Below are positions 1 through 7,920 of a stretch of 34,978 nt of DNA, in pieces; position 1 is the stretch's first letter, and every line of letters begins with the position of its first letter. The notes below the pieces were generated by a model that had not been told where the DNA came from, ran no database searches, and saw nothing but the letters and a program-made list of their open reading frames with translations. The translations under genes were made by a program, and so were the position numbers. Source of the DNA: Bdellovibrio sp. (GTDB lineage: Bacteria; Bdellovibrionota; Bdellovibrionia; Bdellovibrionales; Bdellovibrionaceae). The stretch lies in contig JBKCUU010000004.1 of assembly GCA_046318155.1 (NCBI GenBank), positions 1 through 34,978 on the forward strand, read 5' to 3'.

Positions 1-91
1 CCCGTCTTAAGCTAAAGCAGGATTTGCAGTTCTGAAAAGGGAAGCTCGGAAAGGGCTCACGACCGAGAATGACGGGAGATGAAATCGAAGC

Positions 92-631
92 CTAGGCTTT
101 TTCGACTTGGATGAAGTCGAGTTCGACGGGCGTGGGACGACCGAAGATGGAGACGAGGACTTTCACTTTGCCCTTTTCTTCGTTAATTTCTTCGACGGTG
201 CCGTTAAAATTGCTGAAGGGTCCATCAACGACGGTGACACTCTCGCCGATTGAGAATTTTATTTTAGATCGGGGCTTTTCAGCGCCGATGGTCATTTGCT
301 GAGTGACTCGCAAAACTTCAGACTCGGGAACTTCAGGGGGACGTGTTTTTGCCCCTCCCACGAAGCCTGTGACCTTTGAAGAGTGCTTGACCAAGTGCCA
401 AGTCTCGTCGGTCAACACCATGTTCACGAACATGTAACCAGGAAAGAACTTGCGAGACTTGGTTTGTTTTTGTCCCTTGACCAGCTGAACGACATTTTCA
501 GAAGGGATCAGAATGTCGCCGATCAAGGTCTCCATCTTGTGCGAGCGCGCCCGCTCTTCGATGGCCGACTTAGCTGTGTTTTCACAACCAGTTTGCACAT
601 TGACGATGTACCATTTTTTATCCGTGTTCAT
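92..631 (-). CDS. nusG: Transcription termination/antitermination factor NusG
   Basis: NGN domain ([27 protein letters not shown]) and KOW domain ([29 protein letters not shown]); downstream of secE. Confidence 0.98.
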   Translation of the reverse strand: MNTDKKWYIVNVQTGCENTAKSAIEERARSHKMETLIGDILIPSENVVQLVKGQKQTKSRKFFPGYMFVNMVLTDETWHLVKHSSKVTGFVGGAKTRPPEVPESEVLRVTQQMTIGAEKPRSKIKFSIGESVTVVDGPFSNFNGTVEEINEEKGKVKVLVSIFGRPTPVELDFIQVEKA

Positions 632-645
632 CTTGCCCTACTCTC

Positions 646-1023
646 TTATTTCGTGAGCATATTGATCATGTAGCCCGACATAAAGTCGAAGCTTGTCACG
701 ATCACACTTGAAATCAAAACCATCACGCAAACAACGATTGTCATTGCGGTCACATCTTTGCGCGAAGGCCATACAACCTTGCGAATTTCAGAGACCACTT
801 CTTCTCCCCAGGTCAGGACTTTAGGGCTGAACTGAAGAACCAAGAAAACAATCAAGCCAATCGCCACGGGAACACCGTGACGGACCAAGTCGCTATCTGC
901 GAGGCGTGCAACCACACCGAAGGCAGATCCGAATGCTTTCAACAAAAGATGCAGAGTCAAACCCGTCAGCGCGCCAGCAGTGGCGAAACTAAGCGTAAGA
1001 ACTTTTGAGTTTGTTTTGTCCAT
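646..1023 (-). CDS. secE: Preprotein translocase subunit SecE (three-TM type)
   Basis: EIRKVVWPSRK motif followed by a TM helix; lies between tRNA-Trp and nusG. Confidence 0.95.
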   Translation of the reverse strand: MDKTNSKVLTLSFATAGALTGLTLHLLLKAFGSAFGVVARLADSDLVRHGVPVAIGLIVFLVLQFSPKVLTWGEEVVSEIRKVVWPSRKDVTAMTIVVCVMVLISSVIVTSFDFMSGYMINMLTK

Positions 1024-1052
1024 GATGACATCAACCTCGTTACTGTTAGTGT

Positions 1053-1128
1053 TGGCAGGGCCGCAGGGATTCGAACCCTGAACCTAAGGATTTGGAGTCC
1101 TTCGCTCTACCGTTAGAGCTACAGCCCT
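1053..1128 (-). tRNA. tRNA-Trp (CCA)
   Basis: Reverse complement AGGGCTGTAGCTCTAACGGTAGAGCG-AAGGA CTCCAAA TCCTT-AGGTTCAGGGTTCGAATCCCTGCGGCCCTGCCA; cloverleaf with encoded CCA end. Confidence 0.97.
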
Positions 1129-1190
1129 GTTGTCGTAAATCGCCCGACTTTTTTATTCCCGCGAGGGTCCATAAAAAGCCGTACGGGGAC

Positions 1191-1220
1191 AATATAGTCC
1201 CCGTTAGCGTTTCAATTCAA
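1191..1220 (-). promoter_or_regulatory. Candidate sigma70 promoter for tRNA-Trp-secE-nusG
   Basis: TTGAAT-18 nt-TATATT just past the tuf terminator; the -10 box sits in the loop of inverted repeat 1183-1204. Confidence 0.4.
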
Positions 1221-1223
1221 GAT

Positions 1224-1248
1224 GAAAACAGGCAGCAAAGATGCCTGT
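1224..1248 (-). terminator. Putative intrinsic terminator after tuf
   Basis: ACAGGCA-TCTTTGC-TGCCTGT hairpin with a short T run, 12 nt after the tuf stop. Confidence 0.55.
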
Positions 1249-1260
1249 CTGCAGTGCAGA

Positions 1261-2451
1261 TTACTCCGTGATCGCAACAACGACACCGGCACCTACGGTA
1301 CGGCCACCTTCGCGAATGGCGAAGCGAAGCTCTTTTTCCATAGCGATCGGAGCGATCAACTCAACGTCAACCTCAACACGGTCACCAGGCATCACCATTT
1401 CGGTTCCAGCTTTCAAAGTGACAACACCCGTGACGTCAGTTGTACGGAAGTAGAACTGAGGACGGTACCCGTTGAAGAATGGAGTGTGACGTCCGCCTTC
1501 TTCTTTGGTGAGGATGTAGGCTTCTGCACGGAATTTTTTGTGAGGTTTGATTGTTCCGGGTTTCGCCAAAACTTGTCCACGCTCAACATCTTCTTTTTTC
1601 GTACCGCGGAGGAGAACGCCGCAGTTATCGCCCGCTTGACCTTCATCCAACAACTTACGGAACATTTCGATGCCGGTCACGGTTGTTTTAGTCGTGGGGC
1701 GGATACCAACGATTTCAACTTCGTCGCCGACTTTGACGATTCCACGTTCAACACGACCGGTAACAACAGTACCGCGACCAGAGATTGAAAAAACGTCCTC
1801 GATAGGCATCAAGAAAGTCTTATCGACGGCGCGAACAGGTTGAGGGATGTAAGCATCACATGCGTCCATCAAAGCCATGACCGAAGGTGCTCCGATTTCA
1901 GATGTGTCGCCTTCGAGAGCTTTCAACGCCGAACCTTTTACGACTGGAATTTCGTCTCCGGGGAATTCGTATTTCGACAACAACTCACGGATTTCGAGCT
2001 CAACGAGTTCGAGGAGTTATTTATCGTAAACCATGTCAACTTTGTTCATGAAATACACAAGCGCGGGAACACAGAATTGGCGAGCAAGAAGGATATGCTC
2101 CCGAGTTTGGGGCATAGGTCCATCGGCAGAAGAAACAACCAAGATCCCGCCGTCCATTTGGGCGGCGCCCGTGATCATGTTTTTCACGTAATCGGCGTGT
2201 CCAGGGCAATCAACGTGTGCGTAGTGGCGCTTGTCCGTCTCGTACTCAACGTGAGTTGTGGAGATCGTGATACCACGCTCTTTCTCTTCAGGAGACTTAT
2301 CGATTTGATCGTAAGCCATCGCCTGAGCTTTTCCTGCTTTTGCGAGCACGGTTGTAATCGCCGCAGTCAAAGTAGTCTTACCATGATCGACGTGACCAAT
2401 GGTTCCGATATTAACGTGTGGCTTTGAACGGTTAAACTTCTCTTTTGCCAT
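1261..2451 (-). CDS. tuf: Elongation factor Tu, one reading frame interrupted by an in-frame TAA at 2017-2019 (probable sequence error)
   Basis: ORFs 2017-2451 and 1261-1983 share a frame and together give 396 codons plus stop; [30 protein letters not shown]. Confidence 0.97.
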
Positions 2452-2570
2452 TTGAACTTCCTCCTGAATGGAATTTCTTAACTATACTTTTAAAAAAATC
2501 TAAAACTTAAAACTCAAACCAAACTCACAAAAAACTAAAACGACGAACAGTCTCGATTCCGACAAAAAAC

Positions 2571-2645
2571 TGGAGCCCGTGATCGGAGCCGAACCGACGA
2601 CCTCACCCTTACCAAGGGTGTGCTCTACCACTGAGCTACACGGGC
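2571..2645 (-). tRNA. tRNA-Thr (GGT)
   Basis: GCCCGTGTAGCTCAGTGGTAGAGCA-CACCC TTGGTAA GGGTG-...GGGCTCCA; directly upstream of tuf. Confidence 0.96.
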
Positions 2646-2652
2646 AGAAAAT

Positions 2653-2729
2653 TGGAGCGGGTGACCGGTCTCGAACCGGCAACCCTCAGCTTGGAAGGCT
2701 GATACTCTAGCCAATTGAGCTACACCCGC
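2653..2729 (-). tRNA. tRNA-Gly (TCC)
   Basis: GCGGGTGTAGCTCAATTGGCTAGAGTA-TCAGC CTTCCAA GCTGA-...CCCGCTCCA. Confidence 0.97.
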
Positions 2730-2840
2730 CCACGCCTGCTCAACTTCAAGAGCAACTTTATCTTCTGTCCATTCCTGAGACTGGAACAGCTGATTCAATC
2801 ACCCTTTTTATCGAACATCAACTCTTTGGGGTCCTCAAAC

Positions 2841-2926
2841 TGGTGGAGAGAGAAGGATTCGAACCTTCGTAGGCGCGAGCCAGCAGATTTACAGTCTGCC
2901 CCCTTTAGCCACTCGGGCATCTCTCC
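2841..2926 (-). tRNA. tRNA-Tyr (GTA)
   Basis: GGAGAGATGCCCGAGTGGCTAAAGGGG-GCAGA CTGTAAA TCTGC, long variable arm, GGTTCGAATCC, ...CCACCA. Confidence 0.97.
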
Positions 2927-2949
2927 ACTTTGAAGACTCCAAGAAGAAT

Positions 2950-3025
2950 TGGAGCTGGTTATGGGACTCGAACCCGCAACCTGCTGATTACAAATCAGCT
3001 GCTCTACCAATTGAGCTAAACCAGC
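2950..3025 (-). tRNA. tRNA-Thr (TGT)
   Basis: GCTGGTTTAGCTCAATTGGTAGAGCA-GCTGA TTTGTAA TCAGC-...CCAGCTCCA; first gene of the classic Thr-Tyr-Gly-Thr-tuf operon. Confidence 0.97.
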
Positions 3026-3051
3026 CTCTTACTTTGAGCCACGAAGGAGGA

Positions 3052-3080
3052 GTTTTATGGAGAAGACGGATCAGAGTCAA
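3052..3080 (-). promoter_or_regulatory. Candidate sigma70 promoter of the tRNA-tuf operon
   Basis: TTGACT-17 nt-TAAAAC, ending 26 nt before tRNA-Thr(TGT). Confidence 0.5.
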
Positions 3081-3089
3081 AGGGATTGA

Positions 3090-4028
3090 TTAAGATTTTT
3101 CATTCGTCTTGCGTGTGCGCTGGCGAAGCGTCTCGGTCAAAGCAATCGCTGTTGCCACCGAAGCGTTGTAGCTCGCTGCAGCACTAACCTGAGGAATGCT
3201 CACTAATTCATCACAAAGACGCTCGGTCGTCGTGCGCAAACCTTTGTCTTCAGCCCCAATGCACCAGACCACTTTTGCGGGGATTTTTTGATCAAATAAA
3301 CTGCGTTTTCCCTTGTGGCTAAGACCGAAAACCCAATAGCCCTGCTTTTTAAGATTTTCGAGATGTCCGGCGAAGTTCGTGGTCTCTTCAACAGGGACGT
3401 GCTCGGCGCCTCCGCAGGCAACCTTGTGAACCGTGGGCGTTAAACCCACTGCTCGGTCTTGCGGGATCAAGAGACCTTTGACGCCCATCAACCAAGACGT
3501 GCGTAAGATGGCTCCCAAATTGTGCGGATCTTCGATGCCGTCCAGCACCAGAACGGTCGCTTCACGAGCGCGTTCAATTTCAGTCCAGTCGATTTCGGGT
3601 CTGGACGACACCGTGAGAATCGCGCCCTGGTGCGATCCAAAGCGGTCAAGCGTGGTATCCGGGATCACTTTGACCGAAATGCCATGAGGGCGAAGTTCAC
3701 TCGCGATTTTTTTGAGATCTTGGTTGGATTCCCAACCTTGCTTCATCCACAGCTCTTTGCAGTCTTTCGGAAAGGTCATCGCCGCTTCGAAAATGGCGTG
3801 CGTGCCGATGATAATGCGGTGACTTTTTGGAATATCAATAAAAGAACCTGCACGCTGTTTTCCCTCGGAGGGGCGGTCCTGCATGACAGGCGCTGCACCG
3901 CCTTTGACGAAGGTCTTTGCTTGAAACGAAGCCCCGCCTTTTGCGGGGCCGGCGGCGCGGCCACCAGGGGGACGAGCGGATTTTTTAGCGTCAGCAAAGC
4001 GTGTGTTCTTTTTCATGTTCCTACTCAT
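3090..4028 (-). CDS. rlmB: SPOUT/TrmH-family rRNA methyltransferase, RlmB-like (23S G2251)
   Basis: HQG, LDGIEDPHNLGAILRT, GAEDKGLR, SYNASVA motifs; basic low-complexity N-terminal extension. Confidence 0.85.
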   Translation of the reverse strand: MSRNMKKNTRFADAKKSARPPGGRAAGPAKGGASFQAKTFVKGGAAPVMQDRPSEGKQRAGSFIDIPKSHRIIIGTHAIFEAAMTFPKDCKELWMKQGWESNQDLKKIASELRPHGISVKVIPDTTLDRFGSHQGAILTVSSRPEIDWTEIERAREATVLVLDGIEDPHNLGAILRTSWLMGVKGLLIPQDRAVGLTPTVHKVACGGAEHVPVEETTNFAGHLENLKKQGYWVFGLSHKGKRSLFDQKIPAKVVWCIGAEDKGLRTTTERLCDELVSIPQVSAAASYNASVATAIALTETLRQRTRKTNEKS

Positions 4029-4738
4029 TTCTCTTTCAGCATGGCCACCGAATAATCCAGCGCCACTTGTCGTGGATTTTCGGCCTCGATGATGGGCCGA
4101 GCAACGACGAGGGCAGAGGCCCCATGATGAATCGCCTGTGCGGGTCCCATCACGCGTTTTTGGTCTCCCGCCTCTTCAAGGGTAAACCGAATTCCTGGTG
4201 TCACCAGATAGAGGCCTTTGCCGCGTAAGTCAGGCAATTCTTCACCAGAACCGACAATTCCTGTTAATCCGGATTCTTTTACAAGGTCCGCGAGCTGGGC
4301 CACGTGCTCGCGGATGCTTTGCTTTTTGAGAATAGGAGGGAGCGTGTCCTCGGCAAAACTGGTGAGCATGGTCACGCACAAAATCTGAAAGGGCCTTGTC
4401 TGATTGAGCTCACGCTCAAGGACGGCCAAAAGACGAAGCGCCTCGGCACCGGCCTGCGCGTGGACGGTCACCAGGGATGCTCCCGACTCAAAGCTGGCTT
4501 TGACTGCCGCCACCATCGTGGAGGGAATATCAAAAAATTTGCAGTCGACAAAGACCGGTGCTTCGCTCGCGATCTCCTGAATCAAACTCTCGCCGTAACG
4601 GTGAACCAAGCGCGGCCCCACCTTAAAGGCGCCCACGACGTCAGTCAGCTGCCCCACCAGCTCGAGGGCCCGCTCTCGAGTGTCGACATCAAGGCCGACG
4701 ATGAGCGGGTTACTTTGAAGCTGAAGTGGCACCGGCAT
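4025..4738 (-). CDS. pyrF: Orotidine-5'-phosphate decarboxylase
   Basis: VGLD, FKVG, DCKFFDIPST (DxKxxDI), TVH, VTPGIR, VVARPI. Confidence 0.96.
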   Translation of the reverse strand: MPVPLQLQSNPLIVGLDVDTRERALELVGQLTDVVGAFKVGPRLVHRYGESLIQEIASEAPVFVDCKFFDIPSTMVAAVKASFESGASLVTVHAQAGAEALRLLAVLERELNQTRPFQILCVTMLTSFAEDTLPPILKKQSIREHVAQLADLVKESGLTGIVGSGEELPDLRGKGLYLVTPGIRFTLEEAGDQKRVMGPAQAIHHGASALVVARPIIEAENPRQVALDYSVAMLKEK

Positions 4739-4763
4739 GCGAGACCTCCTCTGGTCCGAAGGA

Positions 4764-6494
4764 TTAAGCTAAAAGTTCGCGGATTGCTGCGATCACTTGA
4801 TCGGGCGCGACCTTTTTAACTTCTTTGGTTTTACGGTTCACGACCTCGACTTGGTTTTGATCGAGACCTTTTTTACCAATCACCAATCGCACCGGCATCC
4901 CGAGCAAGTCGGCATCCTTAAACTTCACGCCGGGGCGCTCGTCACGGTTGTCGACCAAAACATCGAGCCGCATGGATTCGAGTTCTTTTTCGAGGCCATC
5001 CGACAGTCCCATGACCTTTTCGTCCGCGACATCGAGCACGCAAATATGAACGTGATAGGGCGCGATGGATTGAGGCCAAATGATCCCGTCGGCATCATGG
5101 CTTTGCTCAATTGTCGCCTGAACCGTGCGGGTCACGCCGATGCCGTAGCAGCCCATTTCGATGGCTTGGGCCTTCCCTTCTTTGTCGAGGAAGTTCGCCG
5201 ACATCATCTTTGAGTATTTAGTTCCGAGATAAAACACGTGGCCGACTTCAATCCCGCGATAAGCTTTGAGGTGCCCTTTGCCTGAAGGACATTTGTCTCC
5301 TTCGCGCGCCATTCGGAGATCGGCAATCTTTGTTGGCGTAAAGTCACGGCCATGATTGACGTTTTTGAGATGAAACTTATCTTCATTAGCGCCGACGATG
5401 TAGTTTTTTAAACCTTGAACGCCATTGTCCATGTACACGGGAATCTGGAGACCCACAGGTCCACACGAGCCAGGCCAAGCCCCACTGGTCTTTTGAACCT
5501 GTTCATCCGTCAACATCACGGGAGGGTTGGTTAACCCCAACACGTTCTTGAGTTTAACTGGATTGACTTCGTCAGACCCGCGCAAGAGCACCGCAATCGC
5601 TTTCAGATCGGTATCCTTGGGATCCATGCCTTCGTTCGTCGAGAAGAAAAGCGTTTTGACCAACTCACGCTCGGGTACGCCCGTAAATTTTGAAAGGTTC
5701 ACGATCGTTTTTTGACCCGGGGTCGCAAATTTCTCGAGCGGCTTTTCGGCTTCATGTGAAAGGTGAGGCTCGGGATCAATCGCGGGACAAACTTCGATGT
5801 TCGCCGCAAAATCAGAACCGTCTGAAACGAGCAAGGCGTCTTCTCCCGCGTCCGCAAGCAACTGAAACTCGTGCGTCTGCGAGCCGCCGATGTTTCCGGC
5901 GTCGGCCTGAACGATCCGGTACTGCAAGCCCAAACGATCAAAAATCGCCTGGTAGGCCGCGTACATCACCTCGTAAGCTTTTAGAGCCCCGGCCTGATCG
6001 GCATCGAAGCTGTAAGCATCTTTCATCGAAAATTCGCGTCCACGCATCAAGCCAAAACGAGGACGGATTTCATCGCGGTACTTGGTTTGAATTTGATAGA
6101 GATTACGAGGCAAATCTCGGTACGACCGAATGTCATGGCGAGCATAATCGGTCACGGCCTCTTCGTGCGTCGCACCCAAACAAAACCATTGGTCATTGCG
6201 GTTTTTAAACTTAAGCAGACCCGCGCCCATTTCGGTCCAGCGGCCCGTCTCTTCCCACAAAGCCTGGGGGTGAACCATGGGCATCAAGATTTCGGTACAT
6301 CCGCGCCTGTCGAGCTCTTCGCGGATGATGTTTTCAAATTTGCGAATCGCTCGCAGGGCCAGATTGCCGTAGGTGTACAAGCCTGGTGCTAATTTTTTTA
6401 TGTAGCCGCCTCGAACCATCAGTTTGTGTGAGGGAATTTCGGCATCACCGGGGGCTTCTTTGAGAGTAAAGATGTGCGTGTTGGTCCACTTCAT
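4764..6494 (-). CDS. proS: Proline--tRNA ligase (bacterial type with insertion editing domain)
   Basis: ATHEE, YRDEIRPRFGLMRGREF, IEVGHVFYLGTKYS, MGCYGIGV, GVKFKDADLLG. Confidence 0.98.
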   Translation of the reverse strand: MKWTNTHIFTLKEAPGDAEIPSHKLMVRGGYIKKLAPGLYTYGNLALRAIRKFENIIREELDRRGCTEILMPMVHPQALWEETGRWTEMGAGLLKFKNRNDQWFCLGATHEEAVTDYARHDIRSYRDLPRNLYQIQTKYRDEIRPRFGLMRGREFSMKDAYSFDADQAGALKAYEVMYAAYQAIFDRLGLQYRIVQADAGNIGGSQTHEFQLLADAGEDALLVSDGSDFAANIEVCPAIDPEPHLSHEAEKPLEKFATPGQKTIVNLSKFTGVPERELVKTLFFSTNEGMDPKDTDLKAIAVLLRGSDEVNPVKLKNVLGLTNPPVMLTDEQVQKTSGAWPGSCGPVGLQIPVYMDNGVQGLKNYIVGANEDKFHLKNVNHGRDFTPTKIADLRMAREGDKCPSGKGHLKAYRGIEVGHVFYLGTKYSKMMSANFLDKEGKAQAIEMGCYGIGVTRTVQATIEQSHDADGIIWPQSIAPYHVHICVLDVADEKVMGLSDGLEKELESMRLDVLVDNRDERPGVKFKDADLLGMPVRLVIGKKGLDQNQVEVVNRKTKEVKKVAPDQVIAAIRELLA

Positions 6495-7876
6495 ACTTGG
6501 TCTTCGTTTCCTTTTTGAGTTTCGATTCCGAACGCCTTGATCTTGCGGTGCAAGTAACTGCGCTCAAGCCCAATCATCTCGGCGGTGCGTGAAATATTGC
6601 CGTTGTTCTCTTGGATTTTGGCCAAGAGAAAATCTTTTTCAAAAGCCGATCGGGCTTCGCGAAAAGTGTTAAAGTCCGTGTTCGATGAACCACCACCAAC
6701 CGCGAGTCCTGCGAAACGCAAATCATGCACATCGACAAACTCACCGGGCGTCAATATGTAAACACGCTCTAGAAAGTTTTTGAGCTCGAGCACATTCCCC
6801 GGCCAAGGGTAACCGAACATGGCCTCCATCGCTTTGGGCGAAAACTCTTTGCGAGAAAAGCCGCCTTCTTTCGCAACGCTGTCAGAGAAGTGCGAAACTA
6901 AGGCCGGGATGTCTTCGGGATGCTCGCGCAGGGAGGGCACGTGAAAAGGAACCACGTTCAAACGGTGATACAGGTCTTCACGGAATTGACCTTGCTTAAT
7001 GAGCTGCTCGAGATCCTCGCCCGTGGCGGCGATGACGCGGACATCAACGGGAATAAGCTCATGACCACCCACGCGTTGAAAGCGGCGCTCTTGCAAGACC
7101 CGCAGCAACCGCTCTTGTGCTTTGAGCGAAAGATCCGCCACGTCATCCAAAAACAAGGTCCCGCCACTCGCGAGCTCGAGCTTTCCGCGTTGCGTTTTTT
7201 CAGCGCCCGGAAAGGCGCCTTTTTCAAAACCGAACAAATCGGTCTCGATCAAATCTTCGGGCAAATTCGAGCACGTCACTTCGACAAACGGGCGCCCCGC
7301 GCGCGTGCTCATGTAATGAATGTTTTGTGCGACCAGCGCCTTTCCGGCGCCGTTTTCACCCATGAGCAAAACCCACGATTGCGTCGGGGCAACCCGCGCG
7401 ATCATTTGTTTGAGGGCGACCATCTTAGGTGCCTCACCGATAATCGCAATGCTGCGCCTGAGGCGGGTCAGTAAGGCTTCTTTTTCATCGCGCTCTTGTT
7501 GGTACTGCAAAATATTTGAAATGCAGATTAAGATTTTATCCATCGACAAAGGCTTTTCGATAAAATCCCAGGCTCCGAGCTTCGTCGCTTTCACCGCGGT
7601 CTCAATGGTCCCATGACCCGAGATCATCACGAACTCGATCATCGGAAAATGTTTGCGAGCCGTCGTCAGAACTTCGATTCCATCAAGGCTTCCGGGCATC
7701 CAAATATCTAAGAACACCACTTCGGGTTGAAACGTGCGCATCGCTTCAATACCCGAGTCGGCATCGTGAGCGGTTTGCACCTGGTGGCCTTCGTCTTTAA
7801 GAGTCGCCGAAAGAACTTCGCGGATGGGAAGTTCATCATCGATAATGAGAATTTTTGCGGGACGCGTGGATGTCAT
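6491..7876 (-). CDS. NtrX-like (NtrC/Fis family) response regulator, REC-AAA+-HTH, with degenerate AAA+ motifs
   Basis: IIDDE, LDIWMP, ISGHGTIETAV, DFIEKP receiver typical of NtrX; C-terminal GNISRTAEMIGLERSYLHRKIK. Confidence 0.9.
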   Translation of the reverse strand: MTSTRPAKILIIDDELPIREVLSATLKDEGHQVQTAHDADSGIEAMRTFQPEVVFLDIWMPGSLDGIEVLTTARKHFPMIEFVMISGHGTIETAVKATKLGAWDFIEKPLSMDKILICISNILQYQQERDEKEALLTRLRRSIAIIGEAPKMVALKQMIARVAPTQSWVLLMGENGAGKALVAQNIHYMSTRAGRPFVEVTCSNLPEDLIETDLFGFEKGAFPGAEKTQRGKLELASGGTLFLDDVADLSLKAQERLLRVLQERRFQRVGGHELIPVDVRVIAATGEDLEQLIKQGQFREDLYHRLNVVPFHVPSLREHPEDIPALVSHFSDSVAKEGGFSRKEFSPKAMEAMFGYPWPGNVLELKNFLERVYILTPGEFVDVHDLRFAGLAVGGGSSNTDFNTFREARSAFEKDFLLAKIQENNGNISRTAEMIGLERSYLHRKIKAFGIETQKGNEDQV

Positions 7877-7920
7877 GGAACACTTCCTTCATGGACGCTC
7901 TTCTTGATAATTTGAGGCGC

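Noticed and set aside
1..91. rplK leader RNA downstream of nusG
   Set aside because: Truncated by the window edge; only a short CCCGTC/GACGGG complement is visible
2017..2019. TAA recoding or a naturally split EF-Tu
   Set aside because: TAA ends many genes here normally, and three neighbouring G-to-T missense changes point to local sequence error
2500..3010. Short ORFs 2500-2682, 2715-2933 and 2795-3010
   Set aside because: They overlap tRNA genes and are spurious
1053..3025. Integrated element at the tRNA genes
   Set aside because: No integrase and no duplicated tRNA 3' end seen in the window
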